Notes under the pieces: generated by a model | What the model saw: the letters and a program-made list of their open reading frames with translations, nothing else | The model's database searches: none | What the model was told of the DNA's origin: nothing | Assembly: GCA_000004985.1 (NCBI GenBank) | Contig: GG738846.1 | From: Naegleria gruberi | Taxonomy: Eukaryota | Length of the DNA stretch: 64,000 nucleotides | Direction: 5' to 3' (one strand) | Position numbers and translations under genes: made by a program | Part shown: piece after piece, positions 11,969 to 21,322 of the stretch | Layout: each line of letters opens with the position of its first letter | Numbering within the stretch: position 1 is the first letter of the stretch

Positions 11969-12013
11969 CCGCCAACAACAATCAGTAGACATTAAAAAAC
12001 GGTTGGCGGGAAA
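11969..12013 (-). promoter_or_regulatory. 8-bp inverted repeat (CCGCCAAC / GTTGGCGG, 25-nt loop) containing the E2F-like site TTTCCCGCCAAC (minus strand), 70 bp upstream of the IFT80 ATG.
   Basis: Read directly from the sequence: 11969-11976 ccgccaac and 12002-12013 gttggcgggaaa. The site lies inside the 3' UTR of the upstream gene. Confidence 0.3.
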
Positions 12014-12043
12014 TTGATGAACAATGAATCCAAATCCTTTTAC

Positions 12044-14679
12044 TTAAAGATAATCTGTGCCCATCGATGATTCTGTATTGTCATTATCATTAACTTCGGT
12101 CCTATTCATATTTTCTCTCATGTTATTGATAGATATTTCACAAAGACGATAGAGTTGGAAGGTTGCTTGGTCAATTGTGCCTGTTTGAGTTTGCTCATTG
12201 ATGATGGTATTTAATAAATCTCTTGCCTCCTCAAATTTACTATCTTCAAATAATTGGTGAGCTCCGTTATATTCATCCCATTTGTGTTTTTTCGTTTTCT
12301 CATGCAATTCATACATCCACTTTATAAAAACAATGAATAACATTTGAGATTAATAATACTTACCTCTTGGTCCTGTTGAATTATCTTCTCCTCTCCAACT
12401 TCATACAAGTTGTAAATTTCCTCTTCCCTTCCTTCCGTATTTAGGCAAGTGTTTGAAAAACTTGTTTGGCTATTGAGTAGAAAAACATTTCCAATAAATC
12501 TGTGATAGTACTTTTCACTAGTGGCCTTTTTGAAATATTCTGGAACAGTCATCTTGATATCTAATTCAACACAAATATCATTCATCTTTCGAATGGTTTC
12601 CATTACATGATCAGTATTAAAAGGAGTGAAAATAGTTGGTGTGGCAAGACCACATAATAACTTTTGTTGAAACGTCACCATTCTAAACTTGATTGGATGT
12701 TTGATTTTGATCTTTTCTAATTGATCTAAAAAGAAATAATTGTTAGAGATGATCTTATCAATTGGGAAAGTATTAGTGGCAAAATTATAAAAGAGACCAA
12801 TAACATTAGTAGAGAGAAATCCAGCCTTACACCCCTTCTGACTACACATTGTTGTTATCTTTTCACAACATTCCAATAAAAAGTGAATAGCTTCTCCCAT
12901 ATTTGAGGTGGCAACTTGATCAAGTCCTTCAAGTGAGACGCCAACACATATAACTTCTCTTTCTTCAATCACTTGTTGGTGTCTCTTCTTGTTGGCAAAT
13001 TTAAAGCTATTGGAGAGGAAAGATCCAATTCCTTCCTTATTTTGGGTTTTGGCGAATTGTTGGGAGGATTTCAAATCAATTGATTTGTTAATGGACAAAT
13101 CGGATTCATACTTGACAATGGGATTTTTCTGAATAAATGATTGATTATTACTCTGTGGACTCACCAACCTTCCAATCATTTCTCTTAAAAACTTGAATTC
13201 GTGGAGATTTCTCACGAGAGGTGTTTTTAAATTCTTCTTTCTTGGAACTCCATTAAAACTTTCCTTGATACCATACGTTTCGTCAACCATTTGAAAAATC
13301 TCATTAAGCGGCCTCAAAAAGAGCCAAATAAATGTAATTGAAAGAATAGCCAATACAATAAATAATATCAAGTTGGCTGCTAAGGTTATTAGCATTGGTG
13401 AAACGAGAGAACTTGTCAAACTGCTTGTTGGTATGGAGGTCACAAGGATTAAATCCAGTCTTTCACCTAAGCACATTCTCTTCATAAACAGGGTTTGGAT
13501 ACTATCAGCATCCTCTACTATTATCTGTTGGGAGCATTCTGTTGGCTTTGATTTCTTAATTTTCTCTATTTGAGTACTGGAAAAGTCAAATTTAGCACCA
13601 AGAACAGAGGTTGAGTTTGTATCCATGAGCATTATATTTCCATTAACTGAATAGTACATTGTTGGTACAAGAGCCTTTGCACACAGTCTATTCAAACTTA
13701 GATCCATTGCAAAGTAGTAAAAGTTAGACTTGGAATCTATCCACTTTTTTAACAGTCTAACAGTATTTCTTTCAGATACAAGTCCAACTATTTGAATTGA
13801 TTGAAAATTATCCCTCACTAGAGTATTCTCAATTCTTAACTCTGTATTAGAAAATGTTTTCGAAGAACCCATCTCACATTCACTCTTACTTGTCCAATCT
13901 TGACAAAAAGTTAGGGAATTGAGGGATTGGGATGAATTCATCATGTATAATTCTCCACCATAATAAAAAACTCCAACCTTATTTCCAAAAGCATCTCCAA
14001 TATAAATAGAACTAACGAGATCTAACTCCTTTTCAACTATTGCCTTGAATACTCCAAAAAAATTAAACTCTCCATTTTTCAAATCACTAATAGAATCATT
14101 AATCAAAATCTTCAATTGGCTAGTGACAGACTCCGATAATATAAGCATGTTATTAAGAGTGTTTTCAATATTTTTCTCTGAATTCAAAGAATCGAGTATT
14201 ACTATCTTGTTATTTGTATTTTTCAAAGTCAATCCAAAGGAGACTATCCACGAACAAGTCAACAAAATAAATAATAGAAATAATATAAAGCAAAACACAA
14301 CACTCAGCCAACATTTGACTGTTTGTTTCGATTGAAGCCATATAATACATTCTCCCTCAGAATTTTCCTTATTTTCTTCACCCATTGATGTATTCTCTTC
14401 TTCAGTTTCTTCATTGTTCGATTCTGGTGTTAGTACTCTTCGCGATATTTCAATAGACTGTTGTATTTCGGGTTGATGTTTTGCAGAGTTGACCATTTCA
14501 TTAGCAATATTCTTGTGATCGTTGGGGGAGGCATTTAAATTCGCAAAGACAGGTTCAGGTATTTCTCTATTCGAAAGAGAGAGCGAGAGTCGTCTAGATT
14601 TCGTTGAGGAAATACTGTGAGAGCTATTAGATGAGGTAAAGGGCATTACCAGAGTTGATGATATTGTACTGGGCTGCAT
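12044..14679 (-). CDS. Receptor-like type-I/II membrane protein (863 aa, 2 exons). It has a large extracellular domain between two TM helices and a cytoplasmic domain resembling a degenerate class-III nucleotidyl-cyclase homology domain.
   Basis: Exons are 14679..12364 and 12319..12044, with a 44-nt intron 12363..12320 (GTAAGT..AAAG, phase 0). TM1 is CWLSVVFCFILFLLFILLTCSWIV and TM2 is LITLAANLILFIVLAILSITFIWLF. The cytoplasmic segment VICVGVSLEGLDQ...STNVIGLFYN...FRMVTFQQKLLCGLATP...VMETIRKMN loosely follows the cyclase-homology-domain pattern but lacks the canonical metal-binding Asp residues. Confidence 0.5.
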
Positions 14680-14964
14680 ATTACAAGCAAGTTGGAATGA
14701 AATGGTGATAGAACGACCTTTTTTTGATCTATTTCTGAGGTGTACTGATATCTCTTTTCAATAAACTTCAAGAATTTAAAATAGGTAGACTATACTTTTT
14801 GTATTGAATAATTGTAATTTACAATTTCTTATTTTCAAAAACTGACTCTGAAATTATTGGTACAAAATCTTCGGCCTTATATAATTTGTGTTCGTTAATA
14901 TATTTCTCAACCTTATCGTGAACATAGTATTTTACAGAGTTGTTTCTTCGAACCAATTGTCTAA
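13874..14964. repeat. Copy A of a segmental duplication (1091 bp). Its partner is 19783..20496.
   Basis: 13874..14361 is near-identical to 19783..20270 (1 mismatch seen: A at 13949 vs C). 14739..14964 is identical to 20271..20496. The ORF-track pairs 14045..14335 = 19954..20244 and the shared 160-aa stretch in ORFs 12322..14679 and 19740..20303 confirm this. Confidence 0.9.
14739..14964 (-). pseudogene. Duplicated 3' fragment of the NMNAT gene (last ~49 codons plus 3' UTR), displaced next to the 5' end of the 12044..14679 gene.
   Basis: Identical to 20271..20496, which is the authentic NMNAT C-terminus and 3' UTR. There is no upstream NMNAT coding sequence here. Confidence 0.7.
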
Positions 14965-15624
14965 TTCATGTTGGTGTGGGTGTAATTAAGTTGGGGGGCT
15001 ACGTGCAGTTAAGAACAACTAGATCAGATGCTCTATTCAGTCTGTGTAAAGTTACTTTTGGTTGCAACGAAGGAATGGAATTTTCTAATTATTTTGAGCG
15101 TATCTGTCTAGAATCTACAGTGAGACCTTTTCCAAGATTAAATAAAACAACTTTGGATAATTTAATAACAATTATTCCTTCGTCCCAATTAATATCAATC
15201 TCAAAAAGAGGAAATTCCAATGGATTTCTATGTATCATCAAGTTGTGTCAATCCTCCCAACATTATTTATTGAGATAATCAATGGGTTCCAGATCTTGTA
15301 AAAAGCACTAATATGACAACACTTTCCCCAAAAAATGAATGACTGAATTAACAATCATAGACAAAACCCCAAATTAGAAATTTGTTACAGTAACTTTTAT
15401 TTGAATTCAGTAGATTCACAAGAAGAGATCTCAGAAGGAGACTTGATAGAAAAATTATTGAAAATGTACATTATGTATTACCAATCTCAAACCTTTGGAA
15501 AAATTTAGTGATACTATAAGATGCATTACATCCTTCTTGATTATTCACAAAATGTGATGTTTTCGTTTTTTTTTCCTAAAATTTTACAACGAAAGTGCGC
15601 ACCAATCAAATTACTGGCGTAACA

Positions 15625-15658
15625 TTAATTGCGTCAAAAAGTGTTTTGACGCAATTAA
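15625..15658. promoter_or_regulatory. Perfect 15-bp inverted repeat (TTAATTGCGTCAAAA agtg TTTTGACGCAATTAA) ending 5 bp before the ATG of the F-box/LRR gene. It could be a 5'-UTR hairpin or a bZIP-type palindromic site (ATTGCGTCA half-sites).
   Basis: Read directly from the sequence at 15625..15639 and 15644..15658. Confidence 0.35.
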
Positions 15659-15662
15659 AAAA

Positions 15663-17318
15663 ATGTTTGGACGCAAACACATTAGAGAAAATAGGCAGAA
15701 CAGCACAACTATACCTTTTGGTGGCGCACTTCCAACAATAATTTCTTTTCTTGATCAAAAATCATTTCTGTCTTTTGTTGGTGTTTGTAGTTACATCCGA
15801 TATTTTGTAGAATCAATGAAAATAACTAAAGAGTTTGATTCTAACAAAAGGAATGTACATGCCGTTTATTTAGCAACGAGACAATTAAATTTTGAAAAAG
15901 TTTCCTTCCACAAACTGTTCACCAAATTATCATTCACAAAAGTCTCTGTTTCCAAAAATCAAATGAACCTATTATTAACATCCAACAAAGTAGATAGTCT
16001 CACATTTAGATCTTCACAAGTATCACTCCCTAATTCACTCCCTAACATCATATCCACAATTTCCAAACTTGTTTTAGAAAATATGGTAATTGATGTTGGT
16101 AAAATAGGGAACGTATTCAATAACATTAAGCATATGTCTTTTAAAAAAGTTGGTTTTAATTGGAACTTGATGGAGCAATTTTTAAAATTGAAGTTTAATT
16201 GTTTAGAAAGTTTATATTTTAGAGATGATGAATTGGATACTGATTGCATCAATATTTTTTTTATGAGCAGGAACTTTAAAACTCTAAAATCTATTACGTT
16301 CAAGAGTTATTGTTTAAACTATATTGCCAAAATCAACAAAGATAACTTCCCACATCTAGAAAAATTTACCTTGAAATCACGTTACAAAAATGATGAAAAT
16401 ATTATAAATATATTAGAAAGTCAGTTAGATCTGAAAGAATTATATACCTATACTACACTATCAGAAGAGATAATCTCAAGCTTGTTGAAAAATCCTAATT
16501 TAAATATTATTAATATGATAGCACCAAGCATTTTTGAACAGGCGCAGATAGACGAGAAGCTTTTTTTTTTGTTAATGAGTAGACTAAAATGCTTAACTGA
16601 AATTTCTTTAATAATACCATCTAATCTTGTGCCCATTTTAACTGCAAACACTAATGCACAAAAGATAGCAATTAATACATCATCAATTCCAGCTATTCAA
16701 ACGCCATTATTCAACTTTCAATCAATCCTTCGGATATTAGAATTGCATAATACTTCATTACTAGATATTGATTGTGTTGCCATAAGCTCCTCCAATATTA
16801 AGGAACTTAAGATGGTTAGCTGTAATTTCATTGGTGAAGGATATACTAATATCGCAAACATGACTCAACTAAAGGTTCTTTCACTTAACCGCTTGCTCTT
16901 CCCAACGACAATAATTGATCCATTCCACATTTTTTTGGGTGGTTCATTAATTTCACTGGAGAAGTTTGAATACACTTCATTGCACTTCAGAAACGACTTT
17001 TGTTTACCAAACGACCTAGTTAACCTTCCCAAATTGACATTTTTTGAAACCTGTTCTCCTACTTATATTGATTTGCAGAAACTTTTACAAAATTCTAAAG
17101 TAGCTACATTAGATCTTTCTTTTGAGTTTTTTTTGAATTTCGAGTTCTTGGACAACCTCTTAACTAAAAATCATTCCATTACCCAGCTAATACTACCACC
17201 AAAGGCCGAAGAAAGGTTCAAAGATCAAAGAAAATCATACCTCAAACAAATATCTAGAATTCAAAAACTGTTCAATATTCAAGTTTCATTTAGCAAACAT
17301 ATGCTTGTGTTTGAATAA
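15663..17318 (+). CDS. F-box / leucine-rich-repeat protein.
   Basis: The N-terminus LPTIISFLDQKSFLSFVGVCSYIRYFVES fits the F-box consensus (LP.e.l..I...L....L.....VC..W). The rest is an irregular Leu/Asn-rich LRR-like region. The ORF is 551 aa, with an in-frame stop upstream of the ATG. Confidence 0.5.
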   Translation: MFGRKHIRENRQNSTTIPFGGALPTIISFLDQKSFLSFVGVCSYIRYFVESMKITKEFDSNKRNVHAVYLATRQLNFEKVSFHKLFTKLSFTKVSVSKNQMNLLLTSNKVDSLTFRSSQVSLPNSLPNIISTISKLVLENMVIDVGKIGNVFNNIKHMSFKKVGFNWNLMEQFLKLKFNCLESLYFRDDELDTDCINIFFMSRNFKTLKSITFKSYCLNYIAKINKDNFPHLEKFTLKSRYKNDENIINILESQLDLKELYTYTTLSEEIISSLLKNPNLNIINMIAPSIFEQAQIDEKLFFLLMSRLKCLTEISLIIPSNLVPILTANTNAQKIAINTSSIPAIQTPLFNFQSILRILELHNTSLLDIDCVAISSSNIKELKMVSCNFIGEGYTNIANMTQLKVLSLNRLLFPTTIIDPFHIFLGGSLISLEKFEYTSLHFRNDFCLPNDLVNLPKLTFFETCSPTYIDLQKLLQNSKVATLDLSFEFFLNFEFLDNLLTKNHSITQLILPPKAEERFKDQRKSYLKQISRIQKLFNIQVSFSKHMLVFE

Positions 17319-17346
17319 AATGTTAAAATAACATGCTTTGTCTTAT

Positions 17347-17913
17347 TTATTGATGTTTTTGAATTTTACCAGATACTGACTTTCTAAATAACTTCCTAAC
17401 GAATATCTTAAGAATAATAGTTAACAAAATAACAATAAAGAGCAAAGGATATCCAAAAACGAAAGGGAAAAGAGCATAATATTGGTGGAAGTTAATAGTT
17501 AAATCCTTGGCATGTAAAAAACTGGTCAAAATAATCACCGAGCCAAAATGAAGCAAAACACCAACAAAAACAAGGATTCTAAAAACCAACAAAAAACCCT
17601 CATATCTTTCTTTCTTAATCAATTTTGTTGCATTATAATTCATAAAATCTACGTTAAGTATTACGTCAATGAAAGTAATAAAGGCAGAATAAGTTGTAAT
17701 TTTTACCGCATTACCAAAAATCTGTGAAGTTATTTCAGAGACCACCCTTAAAGAGATGTACGAATCATTGATATCATTACTGGTATTTTTGATTGCAAGT
17801 TGCTTGTTAGTAGGTACGGTTATGAAATAAAATGCTAAACTCATGAACAGACCAAATGTAAGGTTAAACCAAACAGTGATTTGGGCTTCTCTATCCTTAG
17901 CCATAGTGTCCAA
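17347..17913 (-). CDS. Small polytopic membrane protein (188 aa, about 4 TM helices). Function unknown.
   Basis: ORF with alternating hydrophobic segments (FGLFMSLAFYFITV, ILVFVGVLLHFGSVIILTSFL, LFPFVFGYPLLFIVILLTIILKIFV). Confidence 0.35.
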   Translation of the reverse strand: MDTMAKDREAQITVWFNLTFGLFMSLAFYFITVPTNKQLAIKNTSNDINDSYISLRVVSEITSQIFGNAVKITTYSAFITFIDVILNVDFMNYNATKLIKKERYEGFLLVFRILVFVGVLLHFGSVIILTSFLHAKDLTINFHQYYALFPFVFGYPLLFIVILLTIILKIFVRKLFRKSVSGKIQKHQ

Positions 17914-18080
17914 ATTTTTTTTGATATCTTTGTTTTTTGACTCATATTTCGCCTTTAACTCTCTGAGTATTTTCAGAGTTGGTGGTGGTCCCCATAAATA
18001 TTTAAAAAATTGAAGACTTGCACCAAAACTTTTATAGTCTTTGCCATCACTCTCGCCATCACGCTTGTAGCCTGAAGGAT

Positions 18081-18565
18081 AATTACTGTAAAACCTGGTG
18101 CGTAAGACTCATTACTGCGTAAGACTTTCTATTTAAAAAAAATGACAAAATCATAATCGTGTGCCAACGACATCAACGAAAAAACAAACCAACAATCGAA
18201 TAAACAAATTATTCCAATTCTTATAGAGGGTTGTATTTATTATTTATCTAATTTCCTACCACCAACAAAAACACCAGTTTGCGCAATTAAAAAATCAACT
18301 TGAAACAATTCCGCAAAGTGAGCTTTCGAACCTGCAAAACCGAATTTTTGAATAATCTATTTGATGCTGATATTGGTGATTCACATCCCAATATATATTC
18401 TATATTATAATTCTATTCTACTGATGGTTTTGCAATAACAGATTGTGATCTTGCAGAAACAACAACAATTAAAATTTGCGAGCGTGTGGGTTCTCTCTTT
18501 TTTTTTTGTTGCCGAGAAAAGGTTTTCCCGAGCTAAAGTCTTACGCACCAGGTTTTACAGTAATT
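18081..18565. mobile_element. Non-autonomous foldback / MITE-like element. It has 29-bp terminal inverted repeats (AATTACTGTAAAACCTGGTGCGTAAGACT) flanking about 427 bp of AT-rich non-coding DNA.
   Basis: The left TIR at 18081..18109 is the exact reverse complement of 18537..18565. The left end also carries a partial tandem copy (cattactgcgtaagacttt, 18110..18129) matching the extended right end aaagtcttacgc. No clean TSD is visible. Confidence 0.4.
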
Positions 18566-19272
18566 CCTTGTTCCAAAAAAAGTTTTTGCGGAACTTCTTT
18601 AGAGGAAAAATAATAGTCATGCCTTAGCTCTGAGGGTTGTCTTTCATATTTTTTCAAAAACTTGCTGTATTCCTCAAGGTCTTCTTTTAATTCTACCAAA
18701 TTTTTGATGATACTTAGGAATAGTTTTTGCCTTTTGGGTGGTAGTTCGTTTGTGGGAATATTTGTATAGCCCTGGATTTTGGTAGGAAAATCATAAAAAA
18801 AGGAAAACGAGTCTACAACACCACCAAAAGAAGCACAACAGTTTTCTAAGTGCTCTCCGAGAAGCAAATAATCTTCTAATAACTTGGCAGCTTTTTGTTC
18901 ATTTTTTCTGCGATTGAGATCTTAATCCCTTAAATTCTATGTTTATTAGGAGTAGAATGAGGGTTCTATCCTTAATTGAGTGAAAATTCTTAAAAGATGA
19001 ATTGTGAATTATGAAAAGTAAGTGAAATTTATTAAGCGACATTGATCCATCCTCGGACATTTGGCTTGTGTAATTTGATTGTAATGGTAGAATACACGAG
19101 GATTGATGACAAAAGCAAGTTGAGTGCAAAAAGTTCTTGCTTCAATACCAAAAATGTTGTGGTATTTGATACACCAAGGATAATCTACCCATAGATCAGA
19201 GATAAACAGTTCTTGATGTAAACAAAGAAATTTTTCCATCACCATTTTCAATCCTCTATCCTTCAAATACAC
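18541..19272 (-). pseudogene. Degenerate minus-strand ORFs with no ATG, probably exon remnants of an unknown gene. The last ORF reads through into the right TIR of the adjacent element.
   Basis: ORFs 19009..19272, 18899..19129 and 18541..18867 lie in different frames. The 18541..18867 frame is open upstream to a TAA and has no in-frame ATG. A possible acceptor (aatcgcag) is at 18894. The ORF ends EQGITVKPGA*, which is encoded by TIR sequence. Confidence 0.25.
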
Positions 19273-19782
19273 TTATTGGAATCCCCTCCAAAAACCAAAT
19301 ATTAAAACGAAGAGCTGATAGATACAAAACCACTGTGACTGGTTTAATAAAAAAAATGAACCATCTGTTGACCAGTCAAAAGATAAAGGGATATTTGGCT
19401 TTGTACAATATTTTAATGGCTGTTGTTTTGTGTTTAGGCTTCCGATGCTACCGTTTACTACTAAATGCTTACTAAGGTATGTTTTACACTATCGCTTAAT
19501 CCTAGAAATGAAGTGACTTTTCGGAACCCTTGTCTTAATCGGGATGGAGTTAGTAACAGATCCAGCCATCATTGTTGATAATGTTACAAATTATGGTTGC
19601 AAGAATGGTACTAAACCTTCATCTGAAGAGTACACCAGTGTAGCCGTGCAAACAATGTTACTTGATTATTTGAGATGCGTTTTTTGTCTTTTTACTCTTC
19701 CTGCCACTTTTATTTGGTATTCTTATTATTTTCAGGATACTAATACCTCAGACAATTACCATCCAGCAACAGGATCTGCATT

Positions 19783-20270
19783 TCACATTCACTCTTACTT
19801 GTCCAATCTTGACAAAAAGTTAGGGAATTGAGGGATTGGGATGAATTCATCATGTATACTTCTCCACCATAATAAAAAACTCCAACCTTATTTCCAAAAG
19901 CATCTCCAATATAAATAGAACTAACGAGATCTAACTCCTTTTCAACTATTGCCTTGAATACTCCAAAAAAATTAAACTCTCCATTTTTCAAATCACTAAT
20001 AGAATCATTAATCAAAATCTTCAATTGGCTAGTGACAGACTCCGATAATATAAGCATGTTATTAAGAGTGTTTTCAATATTTTTCTCTGAATTCAAAGAA
20101 TCGAGTATTACTATCTTGTTATTTGTATTTTTCAAAGTCAATCCAAAGGAGACTATCCACGAACAAGTCAACAAAATAAATAATAGAAATAATATAAAGC
20201 AAAACACAACACTCAGCCAACATTTGACTGTTTGTTTCGATTGAAGCCATATAATACATTCTCCCTCAGA
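19783..20270 (-). pseudogene. Internal fragment (about 160 codons covering TM1 and the start of the extracellular domain) of the 12044..14679 membrane-protein gene. It lacks both the start and the 3' two-thirds.
   Basis: ORF 19740..20303 has 160 aa identical to residues ~108-270 of ORF 12322..14679. Its 5' end (MKFIEKRYQYTS) is read from NMNAT 3'-UTR sequence. Confidence 0.7.
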
Positions 20271-20496
20271 GGTGTACTGATATCTCTTTTCAATAAACTT
20301 CAAGAATTTAAAATAGGTAGACTATACTTTTTGTATTGAATAATTGTAATTTACAATTTCTTATTTTCAAAAACTGACTCTGAAATTATTGGTACAAAAT
20401 CTTCGGCCTTATATAATTTGTGTTCGTTAATATATTTCTCAACCTTATCGTGAACATAGTATTTTACAGAGTTGTTTCTTCGAACCAATTGTCTAA
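19783..20496. repeat. Copy B of the segmental duplication (714 bp). It equals copy A with an internal 377-bp deletion (A 14362..14738).
   Basis: See copy A. The junction is ctccctcaga|ggtgtactga, with 1-2 bp of microhomology. Confidence 0.9.
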
Positions 20497-21133
20497 CTTT
20501 GGTAGAACTGACATCATTGATAATCCACTCAGGAATAATATGGATATTCTTCTTATTTCTATACAATGTATCATGTTCAAATACAATAGTATTTACAGAA
20601 ATACCATCTCTCTCAATACAACATGCTCCAAACTTGGAGAGAATATATTCAACTTGTTCTGGAATCCAAACACCTGGTTTAACAAAAGATTGTAACAAAT
20701 CAGCTCCACACAATAACATTATTCTCAACTCTGTAGTTGAAGTGTAAGATTTTTCAATTTCATCTTGAAAATGTTTTAGTACAAGCAAAGTACGTGAATA
20801 TTCACTCTGATTGACTTCCCATTCATCAATATTAATCCAATCGGAATCAGAAACTGCCAATCTACACATATCAACACGATATTTAGCACTGATAAGAGTT
20901 GGTTTTCTCTTTTCATAATCCTGATGAACAGGAGAAATAAATCCTCCAACAACATGATATCCCTCTTCATTCTGTAAAAAATCTCTAGCTGTTTCAAACA
21001 TTCGGAGATGTGAATTGGTGATCGGATTAAAACTTCCACAAGCAATTAGTACAACATTGTTAAGTGTTGATGAAAATGTGAGTTTTCCAAATGGAAAAGT
21101 ATACTCATTATTGGCTTGTTGTTGAGAAGACAT
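20351..21133 (-). CDS. NMNAT: Nicotinamide/nicotinate mononucleotide adenylyltransferase (NMNAT).
   Basis: The 260-aa ORF contains the hallmark [15 protein letters not shown] (human [20 protein letters not shown]) and later conserved blocks (SDWE..Q, SSTKVR). Confidence 0.85.
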   Translation of the reverse strand: [260 protein letters not shown]

Positions 21134-21322
21134 TTTTTAATTATTATTAAAATTAATTGATTTACTGTGAACTTTAAAAGCACAATAGCAATCTATTAAT
21201 AACTTTTTACTTCTCAATGTTTAATTCTCAAGAAACTTTTCTGCGAATTTAAGTGTTGCTTTATTTTACATTTGTTATTAATACAGGTGTTCTAATTGGA
21301 AATTGTCATGAATAATTCCACA

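Noticed and set aside
14940-15278. ORFs 14940..15278 and 20472..20747 sharing the start MFLRTNCL.
   Set aside because: Both are antisense read-throughs of the duplicated NMNAT 3' segment. They diverge exactly where the duplication ends and have no coding-like composition.
18268-18340. tRNA-like T-loop string (ggttcgaaagc on the minus strand), and a general search for tRNA/snRNA genes in spacers.
   Set aside because: No acceptor or T-stem pairing and no A/B box spacing were found. No convincing tRNA, U2, U5 or U6 signature was found by eye anywhere in the window. A covariance-model scan is still advisable.
18950-19030. Plus-strand GTAAGT at about 19014, suggesting a plus-strand spliced gene across 18.9-19.3 kb.
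   Set aside because: This is an isolated hexamer in AT-rich DNA, with no flanking open frame or acceptor that gives a coherent product.
18541-19272. Possible Harbinger/PIF or hAT transposase remnant next to the TIR element (GYTNIP..., FGIEARTF...).
   Set aside because: The motif resemblance is weak, and the order of the putative DDE blocks is reversed relative to Harbinger transposases. I kept it only as unclassified degenerate ORFs.
19544-19831. ORF 19544..19831 as an independent gene.
   Set aside because: It runs from unique sequence straight into duplicate copy B, which is antisense to the receptor-gene fragment. There is no start context or homology. It is more likely a remnant of the rearrangement.
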